DNA of 64,000 bases, taken from the NCBI GenBank assembly GCA_036268615.1, contig DATATV010000051.1:22759-86758 (forward strand). Direction: 5' to 3'. A program made the position numbers and the translations under genes. Under the pieces are notes generated by a model that was not told where the DNA came from, ran no database searches, and was given only the letters and a program-made list of their open reading frames with translations. The DNA is from Pseudonocardiaceae bacterium (lineage in GTDB: Bacteria; Actinomycetota; Actinomycetes; Mycobacteriales; Pseudonocardiaceae). Below, piece by piece: positions 29,243 through 39,033 of this stretch (the first letter of the stretch is position 1; each line of letters starts with the position of its first letter).

Positions 29243-29423
29243 TGGCCGGCCTCCCACACATCGTTGTGTGGAAAAATGTGTACCGAATTGATCGTTGCGG
29301 CGTCAAGGGTTACCGCCGGGAGAGATCGAACGAACCATCGATGAAGCGGTAGCGTGAGCAGACCTGCGACCCCCCGATGTTCAGGGCCGTTCGGCCGGTC
29401 GACCGAATGAAGGTGGGGATCTC

Positions 29424-29858
29424 GTGAACGACCCGACTACTTCGACGGGCGTCACCGGCGCTCCCGCGCTCCTGATCATCATCGGGATCATCGTGGTGAG
29501 CGCGCTGCTCTACTTCCTGCCCACCATCATCGGCAGCGTCCGGCGCGCCCCGTCGCTGCTCGGGATCGTCCTGGTCAACATCTTCTTCGGCTGGTCGATC
29601 ATCGGCTGGATCGTCGCGCTCGTCCTGGCGCTGCGCACCCGGCAGCCTGGCTACCGGCGCCGGACGGTCGACGAGATCCAGCGCTGGCCCGGCCTCTCCC
29701 CCGGTTACCGGCAGGGCAGCGACGTCGAGCGCCAGCTCCGCCGCGAGCAGCGGTCCACCGACGCGGCACCCGGCGGCTACCAGACCCAGTTCGACCCGAA
29801 CCTGATCCAGCACCTCAACCAGCAGCCGCCGACGGACCAGCCGCCACCCGAAAAGTGA
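29424..29858 (+). CDS. superinfection-immunity (Imm)-family small membrane protein with disordered tail
   Basis: YFLPTIIGSVRRAPSLLGIVLVNIFFGWSIIGWIVALVLAL matches the two-helix Imm_superinfect pattern. Confidence 0.6.
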   Translation: MNDPTTSTGVTGAPALLIIIGIIVVSALLYFLPTIIGSVRRAPSLLGIVLVNIFFGWSIIGWIVALVLALRTRQPGYRRRTVDEIQRWPGLSPGYRQGSDVERQLRREQRSTDAAPGGYQTQFDPNLIQHLNQQPPTDQPPPEK

Positions 29859-29891
29859 TCAGCGGCAGACCTGGGCTGGTGGCATGAGTAG

Positions 29892-30110
29892 ATCGCGGCC
29901 GAGTTCCGGGCCAACGACGGCGTGGTCGGCGGCCACTTCGAGGGCAGGCATCCGCCGTTGCCGCATACCGTCGGCCGGCGCAGCGGGCTGTCCCGGCTCA
30001 ACCCGCTGGTGTTGCAGCCGACGGCGAGGGCTTCGTGGCCCGACGTGCCCGGCTACGAGGCCCGGACGAGCCGCACGTTTCCGGTGTTTGGCCTCGCCCC
30101 GGTCGGCTGA
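29892..30110 (+). pseudogene. remnant of a deazaflavin-dependent nitroreductase (Ddn-family) gene with an internal deletion
   Basis: After an in-frame TAG the frame reads IAAEFRANDGVVGGHFEGRHPPL..., then jumps to C-terminal-like WPDVPGYEARTSRTFPVFGL. About 70 central residues are missing. Confidence 0.5.
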
Positions 30111-30128
30111 CCCCACCCGGACGCAGAA

Positions 30129-30160
30129 GTGGCGATGCCCGGCGGACCGGACATCGCCAC
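30129..30160 (-). terminator. hairpin downstream of clpX
   Basis: GTGGCGATG...CATCGCCAC 9-bp stem, 43 nt past the clpX stop. Confidence 0.4.
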
Positions 30161-30202
30161 TCAGCTGTCTCGCGCGTGCTTGTGCGCGGGCTCGACCCGC
30201 GT

Positions 30203-31486
30203 TCAGGCGGACTTCTCGCGGCGCTCCCGCCGGTTGGGCTGACGCGGCACGATCGTCGGGTTCACGTTCTCCCGGACCGTCTGCTCGGTGATGACCACCT
30301 TCGCCACGTCCGAGCGGCTCGGGATGTCGTACATCACCGGGAGCAGCGTCTCCTCCATGATGGCCCGCAGGCCACGGGCGCCGGTGCCACGCAGGATCGC
30401 CTGGTCGGCGATGGCGGCCATCGCGTTGTCGCTGAACTCCAGCTCCACGCCGTCCATGTTGAACAGCCGGTGGTACTGCTTGACCAGCGCGTTGCGCGGC
30501 TCGGTGAGGATCTTGATCAGCGACTGCTTGTCCAGGTTGGTCACGCTGGCCACGACGGGCAGCCGGCCGATGAACTCCGGGATCAGGCCGAACTTGATCA
30601 GGTCCTCGGGCATCGTCTCGGCGAAGAAGTCGGTCGTCTCGATCTCGGCCTTGGACCGGATCTCGGCGCCGAAACCGAGGCCGCGCTTGCCGACCCGCTC
30701 CTGGATGATCCGGTCCAGCCCGGCGAACGCGCCGGCCACGATGAACAGCACGTTCGTCGTGTCGATCTGGATGAACTCCTGGTGCGGGTGCTTGCGGCCG
30801 CCCTGCGGGGGCACGCTGGCGGTGGTGCCCTCCAGGATCTTCAGCAGGGCCTGCTGCACGCCCTCGCCGGACACGTCCCGGGTGATCGACGGGTTCTCGC
30901 TCTTGCGGGCGATCTTGTCGACCTCGTCGATGTAGATGATGCCGGTCTCGGCGCGCTTCACGTCGTAGTCGGCGGCCTGGATGAGCTTGAGCAGGATGTT
31001 CTCGACATCCTCACCGACGTAGCCCGCCTCGGTGAGCGCGGTGGCGTCGGCGATGGCGAACGGCACGTTGAGCATCTTGGCCAGCGTCTGCGCCAGGTAG
31101 GTCTTGCCGCAACCGGTCGGGCCGAGCATCAGGATGTTCGACTTCGCCAGTTCGACGGCCTCGTCGCCGCGACCCTCGCGACCGCGCTCGCCGGACTGGA
31201 TGCGCTTGTAGTGGTTGTAGACGGCCACCGCGAGCGTGCGCTTCGCTTCGTCCTGGCCGATCACGTAGGAGTCGAGAAAATCGTGGATCTCGGCGGGCTT
31301 GGGCAGCTCGTCGAGCTTGACGTCACCGGCCTCGGCGAGTTCTTCTTCGATGATCTCGTTACAGAGGTCGATGCACTCGTCGCAGATGTACACGCCGGGA
31401 CCGGCGATGAGCTTCTTGACCTGCTTTTGGCTCTTCCCGCAGAACGAGCATTTCAACAGGTCTCCGCCATCCCCGATACGAGCCAT
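30203..31486 (-). CDS. clpX: ATP-dependent Clp protease ATP-binding subunit ClpX
   Basis: [42 protein letters not shown] zinc finger, Walker A GPTGCGKT, Walker [10 protein letters not shown]. Confidence 0.97.
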   Translation of the reverse strand: MARIGDGGDLLKCSFCGKSQKQVKKLIAGPGVYICDECIDLCNEIIEEELAEAGDVKLDELPKPAEIHDFLDSYVIGQDEAKRTLAVAVYNHYKRIQSGERGREGRGDEAVELAKSNILMLGPTGCGKTYLAQTLAKMLNVPFAIADATALTEAGYVGEDVENILLKLIQAADYDVKRAETGIIYIDEVDKIARKSENPSITRDVSGEGVQQALLKILEGTTASVPPQGGRKHPHQEFIQIDTTNVLFIVAGAFAGLDRIIQERVGKRGLGFGAEIRSKAEIETTDFFAETMPEDLIKFGLIPEFIGRLPVVASVTNLDKQSLIKILTEPRNALVKQYHRLFNMDGVELEFSDNAMAAIADQAILRGTGARGLRAIMEETLLPVMYDIPSRSDVAKVVITEQTVRENVNPTIVPRQPNRRERREKSA

Positions 31487-31681
31487 GACCGTTGACCTCT
31501 GTCCCCTCCGGTGAGCCGGTGCCGACTGGCTCGCCTTCGTCATCCTGGTGACCCGACCAAAACACTCTGAGCCGGGTTGCTATCCCCTGACGTTACCCGC
31601 CCTGCCCTGCAGACAGGGAGCACTTGACGCCCTGTGACACGCCGAGCGGCGGTTTTTTCCCCCGCTCGGCGTGTCGCGGGA

Positions 31682-32311
31682 TCAGGGTTGGGTGGAAAGC
31701 TTGCGGTACGGGAAGATCTCATCCACAATGCCGTACTCCTTGGCATCTTCCGCGGTGAGAATCTTGTCCCGCTCGATATCCAACCGAACCTGCTCCGGGG
31801 TCTTGCTGGTGTGCCGGGCGAGGGTGGTCTCCAGCAGGCGACGCATCCGCTGGATCTCGTTGGCCTGGATCTCCAGGTCGGACACCTGGCCGTAGACACC
31901 CTCGATGGCCGGCTGGTGGATCATCACCCGGGCGTTGGGCAGCAGCGCACGCTTGCCGGGGGTACCCGCCGCCAGGATGACCGCGGCGGCCGACGCGGCC
32001 TGACCGAGGCAGACCGTCTGGATGTCGGGACGGACGTACTGCATGGTGTCGTAGATGGCCATCAACGAGGTGAACGAGCCACCCGGGGAGTTGATGTACA
32101 TGATGATGTCGCGGTCGGGGTCCTCGGCCTCCAGCACGAGCAGCTGGGCCATCACGTCGTTGGCGGACGCGTCGTCGATCTGGACGCCGAGGAAGATGAT
32201 GCGTTCCTCGAACAGCTTGTTGTACGGGTTGGATTCCTTGATCCCGTAGCTGGTGCGCTCGACGAACGACGGCAGCACGTACCGGGACTGCGGGAGATGA
32301 AGCTCGCTCAC
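31682..32311 (-). CDS. clpP2: ATP-dependent Clp protease proteolytic subunit 2
   Basis: GTG start preceded by [38 protein letters not shown] (Ser), MIHQP (His). Confidence 0.95.
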   Translation of the reverse strand: MSELHLPQSRYVLPSFVERTSYGIKESNPYNKLFEERIIFLGVQIDDASANDVMAQLLVLEAEDPDRDIIMYINSPGGSFTSLMAIYDTMQYVRPDIQTVCLGQAASAAAVILAAGTPGKRALLPNARVMIHQPAIEGVYGQVSDLEIQANEIQRMRRLLETTLARHTSKTPEQVRLDIERDKILTAEDAKEYGIVDEIFPYRKLSTQP

Positions 32312-32333
32312 TTGTTTCTCCTTGACTTCTTGC

Positions 32334-32954
32334 TCAGCGGTTCCGGCTGCCGTTGCCACTCGGCACGCTGTGCGGGGCGGCCACGTGATCGACGAAGCCG
32401 TAGTCCATGGCTTCCTCGGCGGTGAACCAGCGGTCGCGGTCCGCGTCCTCGGTGATCTTCTCGACGGGCTGGCCGGTCTGCTCGGCGGTGATCTTGGCCA
32501 TCTCCTGCTTCCACCGGTTGTAGACCTGCGCCTGGATCGCGATGTCCGACGCCGTGCCACCGACACCGGCGGAGGGCTGGTGCATCATGATGCGCGCGTG
32601 CGGCAGGGCGTAGCGCTTACCCGGCGCACCGGAGGAGAGCAGGAACTGACCCATCGACGCGGCCAGGCCCATCGCCCAGGTGGCCACGTCGGGCTCAATC
32701 AGCTGCATGGTGTCGTAGATCGCCATCCCGGCGGTGACCGAGCCACCGGGCGAGTTGATGTACAGGGTGATGTCGGATTCGCCCTCTTCGGCGGCGAGCA
32801 GCAACAGCTGCGCGGTGATCCGATTGGCGACCTCGTCGTTCACCTCGGAACCGAGGACGACGATGCGCTCCTGAAGCAGTCGCTCATACACCGAGTCGGT
32901 CAGGTTGAGGCCCGAGGTGCTGGTCCGCATCTGGGGCGGGAGCTGCTGCGTCAC
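32334..32954 (-). CDS. clpP1: ATP-dependent Clp protease proteolytic subunit 1
   Basis: [38 protein letters not shown]. First gene of the clpP1P2 pair. Confidence 0.95.
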   Translation of the reverse strand: MTQQLPPQMRTSTSGLNLTDSVYERLLQERIVVLGSEVNDEVANRITAQLLLLAAEEGESDITLYINSPGGSVTAGMAIYDTMQLIEPDVATWAMGLAASMGQFLLSSGAPGKRYALPHARIMMHQPSAGVGGTASDIAIQAQVYNRWKQEMAKITAEQTGQPVEKITEDADRDRWFTAEEAMDYGFVDHVAAPHSVPSGNGSRNR

Positions 32955-33081
32955 GTCTGCCTGCCTTCTGACTTCTCAACACGACCATCCCGGTACCGCC
33001 GGGTGCCGTAACGGGGGTTTCCTGCTGTCTGACACCGACACTAACGAAGGCGGGCGGCCGGGAAGTCCCGACACCGCCCGC

Positions 33082-33095
33082 GTTCGCTGATAGCG
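33082..33095. promoter_or_regulatory. ClgR-operator-like motif GTTCGC-N5-GCG upstream of clpP1
   Basis: GTTCGCTGATAGCG lies 128-141 nt upstream of the clpP1 start. Matches the consensus reported for Streptomyces clp/lon promoters. Confidence 0.45.
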
Positions 33096-33181
33096 TGTAA
33101 AACCTGCCAAAAAAGGCCAATGACCAGCACCACCGAGGCGATTCACGTTATTCCACGGTGGCGCCGGTCACGCCGGGAGGG

Positions 33182-34576
33182 TCACTCCGCGGCCACGGGC
33201 TCCTGTGCCGACTCGTCGGTCGGCTCGGCCGGAGCGGTGTCCTCCGGCCCGTTCTCCTCGGCCCCGAACAGTGCGTCCAGCTCCACCTCGGCGCCGTTCT
33301 CGTCGGTCACCTTGGCCTTGCGCACGACCTGGGCCAGCGCCTTGCCGCGGCGCACGTCGGCGAAGATCGCGCCGAGCTGGCCGGACTGCTGGGCCCGCTG
33401 GACGTACTCGTCCGGGCTCACGCCGAACCGCTGGGCCTGGTAGACGATCCGCTCGGTGAGCTCGGTGTCGCTGACGTTGACCTTCTCGGCGTCGGCGATG
33501 GAGTCGAGCACCAGCTGCGTCTTGACCGCCTTCTCGGCGTCGGCGCGGGTCTCCGCGTCGAACTCCTCGATGCTCTGGCCCTGCTCGGTCAGCCACTCGG
33601 CGAACTTCGCCTCGTCGTGGTCGAACGGGTGGATGGCGTCGTGCTTGCGGTTCTCGATCTCGCCGGCGACGACGGCCTCGGGCAGCGGCACCTCGGTGGC
33701 CTCCAGCAGCGCGTCCAGGACCTTGTCCCGGGCCTGCACGGCCTGCTGCATCTGCTTGACCCGGCCCAGCCGTTCGCGCAGGTCCGCCTTGAGCTCCTCC
33801 AGCGTGTCGAACTCGCTGGCCAGCTGGGCGAACTCGTCGTCGGCCTCGGGGAGCTGACGCTCCTTGACCGACTGCACGGTCACCGTGACCTCGGCGTCCT
33901 TGCCGGCGTGGTCGCCGGCCACCAGCTTGCTGGTGAAGGTCCTGGCCTCGCCGGCCGACGCGCCCACCAGGGCGTCGTCGATGCCGTCGATGAGCTGGCC
34001 GGAGCCGACCTCGTAGGACAGGCCCGTGGTGGCGGCCTCCTCGACCTCGGCGCCGTCGACGGTGGCCGACAGGTCGATGACGACGAAGTCGCCGGTGGCC
34101 ACCGGGCGCTCGACGCCGGTCAGCGTGCCGAACCGAGCGCGCAGCTCGTCGACCTGCTCGTCCACGTCGCTCTCGGCGGTCGGCGCCTCGTCCACGGTCA
34201 CCGCGAACCCGTCGAACGCGGGCACGGTGATCTCCGGACGCACGTCCACCTCGGCGGAGAAGGACAGCGTCTCGCCGTCCTCCAGCTTGGTGACCTCGAT
34301 GTCGGGCCGGCCGAGGGTACGAACCTCGCCGCCGTTCACGGCCTCCATGTACTTCGCCGGAATGGCCTCGTTGACGACCTCATCCAGCACGACACCTCGG
34401 CCCAGCTTGCTCTCCAGCACACGGGCCGGGGCCTTGCCGGGACGGAAACCCGGGATACGTACCTGCTTGGCGAGCTTCCGGTAAGCGCGGTCGAAGCTCG
34501 GCTTGAGCTCGTCGAACGGCACCTCGACGCTGATCCGGACCCTCGTCGGGCTGAGCTGCTCGACGGTGCTCTTCAA
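33182..34576 (-). CDS. tig: trigger factor (start taken at TTG 34576 behind GAGGAG; alternative ATG at 34603)
   Basis: (L)[49 protein letters not shown]..., the canonical actinobacterial Tig N-terminus, with an acidic C-terminal tail. Confidence 0.93.
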   Translation of the reverse strand: MKSTVEQLSPTRVRISVEVPFDELKPSFDRAYRKLAKQVRIPGFRPGKAPARVLESKLGRGVVLDEVVNEAIPAKYMEAVNGGEVRTLGRPDIEVTKLEDGETLSFSAEVDVRPEITVPAFDGFAVTVDEAPTAESDVDEQVDELRARFGTLTGVERPVATGDFVVIDLSATVDGAEVEEAATTGLSYEVGSGQLIDGIDDALVGASAGEARTFTSKLVAGDHAGKDAEVTVTVQSVKERQLPEADDEFAQLASEFDTLEELKADLRERLGRVKQMQQAVQARDKVLDALLEATEVPLPEAVVAGEIENRKHDAIHPFDHDEAKFAEWLTEQGQSIEEFDAETRADAEKAVKTQLVLDSIADAEKVNVSDTELTERIVYQAQRFGVSPDEYVQRAQQSGQLGAIFADVRRGKALAQVVRKAKVTDENGAEVELDALFGAEENGPEDTAPAEPTDESAQEPVAAE

Positions 34577-34742
34577 CGTGATCTCCTCGTCGGAACATGA
34601 CATGTAACACCCACGCGCGAAACCCACGGAGGATGCCACCCGAGTCTACGATGCCGGCCGGTCCGCCCAGCCGGCGCACCGTGCCTTGTGACCTCGGTGG
34701 GTGAATCCTGGTCAAATCCGGACAACCACACCGGGAACCTGT

Positions 34743-37289
34743 ATGGTACAGCCATCTCCATCGGCGCAGTTCGCCGCGCGGTTCACGGACCCGGGGCGGG
34801 AAGGGAGACTGGCTCGAGTGCGGCCCAACCCCTTGCTCCACTCGTACCCGGCTCACCAGCAGCCGAACCCCACCCGCGCGATCCCGGCCAGGGCGCTCAT
34901 CGTGTCCGCCGACATGGGCGAAGGACACAATGCCACCGGCCGGGCCCTGGATGAAGCCGCCGCCACGCAGTGGCCGGGTGTTGTCACCCGATGGGTGGAC
35001 ACGCTGGATGTGATGGGCCGCGGGGTCGGCCCGCTGTTCCGGCAGATCTATGTGGCCAATGTGGAGCGCACCCCCTGGCTGTACGAGTTCTTCTACGACT
35101 CACTGTGCCGGATGCCCTGGTTCGCCTCGGCCTCCAAGAGCTTCGTCGGCATCTGGGCCGGCCCCCGGCTGGCCCGCCAGGTCGCCGAGTTCCAGCCCGA
35201 CGTGGTGCTGTCCACCTACCCGCTGGGCACCGCCGGACTGGCCTGGCTGCGCCGGCACGGCAAGCTGGACGTCCCGGTCGGCGCCTGGGTCTCCGACTTC
35301 GCGCCGCACCCGTTCTGGGTCTACCGGGACATCGATCTCAACCTGGTGATGCACCCGGTCGCGGTGGCCAAGGCCGCCGAGTGGGTGCCCGGTGCGCCGG
35401 TCGCGGTGTCCGCGCCGCCGGTGGTCGGCAGGTTCGGCCCGGGCGACCGGCTCGACGCCCGCCGCCACCTCGACCTCGCACCGGACGCCTTCCTGGCCTT
35501 CGTCTCCTGCGGCTCGCTCGGCTTCGGCAGCGTCGGCTCCGCGGTCGCCACACTGCTGGCCGCCGATCCCCGGGTGCACGTCGTGGTGGCCTGTGGTCGC
35601 AACGCGGCGCTGCGGGCGAGTCTGCTCGCCGACGGCGACCACGACGGCCGGCTGCGCGCACTGGGCTGGACCGATCAGATGCCCGCGCTGACCGTGGCCA
35701 GCGACGTGGTGGTGACCAACGCCGGCGGCGCGACCTCGCTGGAGGCGCTGGCCTGCGGCCGGGCGGTGCTGATGTACCGGCCGATCGCCGCGCACGGCCG
35801 GGCCAACGCCGAACTGATGGCCGCCGCCGGACTCGCCGAGGTGTGCGAGGACGAGCGGGAACTCACCGCTGCCGTGCGCCGGCTGCTCGACCAGCCGGAC
35901 ACGTTGGCCACGATGGAGCGAGCCGCTCTGGACAATGCGGAGGAACAACAGGTGGGTGACGGCCTGGACGCCCTGCTCGACCGGGCCGAACGCGACCGGG
36001 CACCCGAGGTGCGCCGGCTGCGGCCGGAGGACGCGCTGTTCGTGCACGTGCAGAACGACCAGGTGCCGCAGGTCATCGGCGCGGTCCTGGTACTGGGCAA
36101 CAAGGCGGACGGCAGCCCTCCCACCTGGGAGGACGCGGTGTACCTGATGGACGCCGCGCCGGGCCTGCACGGCTGGATCGACCCCGGCTCGGCCTGGCAC
36201 GGCCCCAGCTGGCGGGCCGACCCGTCGATCACCACCGCCGACGTGGTGGAGGAGAGCTGGCTGGACCGGCCGGCCGACCTGAGCACGGTGATGGACGACT
36301 TCTTCTCCACCCCGCTACCCGTGCTCGCCGGGCGCATCCGGGCCGGTGAGGCGCGGTTGGTGCACGGCTTCGAGCCCTACGGCCCGGACAACGCGCGGTC
36401 GGCGCTGCTGCTCAAACTGCACCACGCCACCGCGGACGGCATCGCGGTGATCGGCGCGCTGGTCAACCGCACCCGGGACAAGCCGTTCATCGTCGAACAC
36501 CCGGACCAGCCGATCGGTCCGCGCGGGTTCAAGGCCCGGCTGGCCGACACGGGTGAGCTCGTCCGCGGCCTGGTCGCGCTGGCCTCCGCGGGCCGGGCGA
36601 CTCCCTCACTGCTCAACGGTCCGGTCAGCAGCGGCGCCCGGCATCACGCCGTGGTGGATCTGCCGCTCGCCCAGCTGCGCGCGGCGGCTCGCGGATTCCA
36701 TTGCACCACAACGGATCTGGCCACCTCGCTGGTCGCCGACGCACTGCACCGGGTGCTGCACGAGCACGGCCCGGGGCCGGAGCGGCTGCGGGTGATGATG
36801 CCCCGCTCGACCCGCACCACCAGCACCTTCCGCACCGCCGGCAACCGCACCGGCGCCGCCTCGGTCGACCTGGCCGTCGGCCCGATGCCACTGGCCGAGC
36901 GAGTGGCCGACACGGTCTCGGCGACCAGCCGGCAGATCGCCTCCAGCGCGCCGCACGCGGCCCACGCGGTCGTCCGCGTGCTGGGTCTGCTGCCGCCCTG
37001 GCTGCACGCGATCCTCGCCCGGTGGGTCTACCGGTCCACCTGGTTCAACGCGATCGCCTCGGTGCTGCCCGCCGCGCGCTCGGCGGTGATCCTGCGGGGT
37101 TCCCGGATCGGCCCGGTCTATCCGGTGCTCGCGCTCGCGCCGGGGGTCCGGCTGTCCATCGGCGTGATGACCTGGGGGGACGACCTGACCGTGTGTGTCA
37201 GCGGGGACGCCGGCATCGGCGGCACGATCGACGGGCTCGGTGAGGCGATCCGGGTGGCGTTCAAGGAGATGCGGACCGCGCACTCGTGA
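34743..37289 (+). CDS. fusion protein: GT28/MGDG-synthase-like glycosyltransferase + WS/DGAT-family acyltransferase
   Basis: N-terminal half ALIVSADMGEGHNATGRAL...VVTNAGGATSLEALACGR (UgtP/MGDG-synthase-like). C-terminal half has the WS/DGAT catalytic motif HHATADG (36418-36438) and a DUF1298-like tail. Confidence 0.75.
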   Translation: MVQPSPSAQFAARFTDPGREGRLARVRPNPLLHSYPAHQQPNPTRAIPARALIVSADMGEGHNATGRALDEAAATQWPGVVTRWVDTLDVMGRGVGPLFRQIYVANVERTPWLYEFFYDSLCRMPWFASASKSFVGIWAGPRLARQVAEFQPDVVLSTYPLGTAGLAWLRRHGKLDVPVGAWVSDFAPHPFWVYRDIDLNLVMHPVAVAKAAEWVPGAPVAVSAPPVVGRFGPGDRLDARRHLDLAPDAFLAFVSCGSLGFGSVGSAVATLLAADPRVHVVVACGRNAALRASLLADGDHDGRLRALGWTDQMPALTVASDVVVTNAGGATSLEALACGRAVLMYRPIAAHGRANAELMAAAGLAEVCEDERELTAAVRRLLDQPDTLATMERAALDNAEEQQVGDGLDALLDRAERDRAPEVRRLRPEDALFVHVQNDQVPQVIGAVLVLGNKADGSPPTWEDAVYLMDAAPGLHGWIDPGSAWHGPSWRADPSITTADVVEESWLDRPADLSTVMDDFFSTPLPVLAGRIRAGEARLVHGFEPYGPDNARSALLLKLHHATADGIAVIGALVNRTRDKPFIVEHPDQPIGPRGFKARLADTGELVRGLVALASAGRATPSLLNGPVSSGARHHAVVDLPLAQLRAAARGFHCTTTDLATSLVADALHRVLHEHGPGPERLRVMMPRSTRTTSTFRTAGNRTGAASVDLAVGPMPLAERVADTVSATSRQIASSAPHAAHAVVRVLGLLPPWLHAILARWVYRSTWFNAIASVLPAARSAVILRGSRIGPVYPVLALAPGVRLSIGVMTWGDDLTVCVSGDAGIGGTIDGLGEAIRVAFKEMRTAHS

Positions 37290-38239
37290 GCGCGGTGGTC
37301 GAACTCGCCGCCGGCGCCAGCAGCCAGGCGGCGCAGGACACCACGCACCTGTGGATCGCCGTCCCGGCCGCGCTGGCCAGCGCGTTCTGCTTCGGGCTGA
37401 CCGGCGCGCTGCAGTACGCCGCAGCCGCCCGGGTGCCGTTCCGGCCGGCGCTACGCCCGTCGCTGCTGTTCGACCTGGCCCGCGAACCGATCTGGCTGAT
37501 CTCGCTGCTGTCCAGCGGCGCCGGCAGCCTGCTGCAACTGCTCGCCCTGGGCACCGGTCCGCTGGTGCTGGTGCAGCCGCTGCTGGTCAGCGGGCTGTTG
37601 TTCGCGGTGGTCATCCGCAGCATGTTGGCGCACAAGACTCCGCCCGCCTACGTGCTGGGCGGCGCCAGCCTGTGTGTCGCCGGGCTCGCGGTGTTCCTGC
37701 TGCTGTCGCGGCCCAGTGGCGGCATCAACTGGATCACCCTCGGCGCGGTGCTGCCCCTGGGCATCGGGCTGGCCGTGATCCTCACCGGCTGCCTGGTCGT
37801 CGCGGCCAGGCACAGCGGCCAGGCGCACACGTTCGCGCTGGCGCTGGGCGCCGGCGTGCTCTACGGCGTGACCGCCGGGATGATCAAGCTCGCGCTGGGC
37901 CAGTTGCAGACCGGTGGCATTCCGGCGCTGCTGACCAGTTGGCCGCTGTACGCGGTGATCGTCTGCGGCCCGGCCGGTTTCCTGTTGAACCAGAACGCTT
38001 ATCAGCACAACAAGCGGATGGCCCCTGCGCTCGCGGTGATCACCGTGACCGATCCGCTGGTGGGCATCGGCGTGGGTGTGCTGTGGTTGGACGAGCAACT
38101 GCGCAGCGGGGCCGGTTCGGTCGTCGGCCAGGTGCTCGCGCTGGCCGGACTGGTGACCGGCGTGTGGCTGCTCGCGCACGCCGCCCCGCAGGTGGCCGCC
38201 AAGCACCAGAACTCGACGGACAAGGTGGGCACCGGGTGA
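37286..38239 (+). CDS. polytopic membrane protein (DMT/EamA-like?)
   Basis: GTG overlaps the upstream stop (GTGA). About 9-10 hydrophobic helices. No diagnostic motif seen. Confidence 0.6.
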   Translation: MSAVVELAAGASSQAAQDTTHLWIAVPAALASAFCFGLTGALQYAAAARVPFRPALRPSLLFDLAREPIWLISLLSSGAGSLLQLLALGTGPLVLVQPLLVSGLLFAVVIRSMLAHKTPPAYVLGGASLCVAGLAVFLLLSRPSGGINWITLGAVLPLGIGLAVILTGCLVVAARHSGQAHTFALALGAGVLYGVTAGMIKLALGQLQTGGIPALLTSWPLYAVIVCGPAGFLLNQNAYQHNKRMAPALAVITVTDPLVGIGVGVLWLDEQLRSGAGSVVGQVLALAGLVTGVWLLAHAAPQVAAKHQNSTDKVGTG

Positions 38240-38976
38240 ACCTCGACGGAGCGACCGTGCTGGTCACCGGGGCGTCCTCGGGCATCGGTGCGGCCACCGC
38301 CGAACTGCTGGCCCGCCGGGGCGCCAAAGCACTGCTGGTCGGCCGGGACACCGACGCGCTGACCGCACTCGCGCAGCGCACCGGCGGCCGGTTTCTCGCC
38401 GCCGACCTGGCCCGCTCCGACACGGTGCCGGCGATCGTGGACTGGGCCGGCGAGGTGGACGTGTTGGTGTGCAACGCCGGCGTCGGTTTCGCCGGGTCGC
38501 TGGCCGACATGCCCGAGCACTCGGTGGACGAACTGGTCACCGTCAACCTGACCGCACATCTGCGGTTGACCAGGCTGCTGCTGCCGGCGATGCTCACCCG
38601 CGGCCGCGGGCAGCTGGCCTTCGTGTCGTCCATCGCCGGCTGCCTCGGGGTCGCCGACGAGGCGGTCTACTCGGCCACCAAGAGCGGGCTGCGCACGTTC
38701 GCCGACAGCGTCCGGCTGGCCGTGGCCGGTTCCGGGGTCGGCGTGTCCGTGCTCGTGCCCGGCGTGGTGGACACGCCGTTCTTCGACCGCCGCGGCCGGC
38801 CCTACGACCGCAGCCGCCCCCGCCCGGTGCCGGCGACGAAGGCCGCCGCGGTGCTGGTGGCCGCGATCGAACGCAACCGCCCGGAGGTCTTCATCCCGGC
38901 CTGGCTGCGCTTCCCGGCCCGGCTGCACGGCGCCGCGCCCGCCCTGGTCCAGGCGCTGGAACGGCGCTTCGGCTAG
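38236..38976 (+). CDS. short-chain dehydrogenase/reductase (SDR)
   Basis: GTG overlaps the upstream stop (GTGA). TGASSGIGAA, NAG, YSATKSGLR. Confidence 0.85.
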   Translation: MNLDGATVLVTGASSGIGAATAELLARRGAKALLVGRDTDALTALAQRTGGRFLAADLARSDTVPAIVDWAGEVDVLVCNAGVGFAGSLADMPEHSVDELVTVNLTAHLRLTRLLLPAMLTRGRGQLAFVSSIAGCLGVADEAVYSATKSGLRTFADSVRLAVAGSGVGVSVLVPGVVDTPFFDRRGRPYDRSRPRPVPATKAAAVLVAAIERNRPEVFIPAWLRFPARLHGAAPALVQALERRFG

Positions 38977-38988
38977 CCCCGGACACGC

Positions 38989-39021
38989 CGCTGCCCCGAC
39001 CGGAAACCGGCCGGGGCAGCG
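38989..39021. terminator. hairpin between convergent SDR gene and hpnH
   Basis: CGCTGCCCCG(a)CCGG-aaa-CCGG(c)CGGGGCAGCG, followed by TGTTT on the plus strand. Confidence 0.6.
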
Positions 39022-39033
39022 TGTTTCGCAGCT

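Noticed and set aside
34706-34730. GGTCAAATCCGG, resembling the T-arm of tRNA-Pro (GGTTCAAATCCGG), between tig and the GT fusion gene; considered as an att remnant for the 14-kb GT/hopanoid block
   Set aside because: Only about 12 nt match well, and the flanking acceptor-stem positions diverge (about 4 of 9). The orientation is inverted relative to the tRNA-Pro gene at 49097-49170, so it cannot be a simple attL/attR direct repeat. It could be chance.
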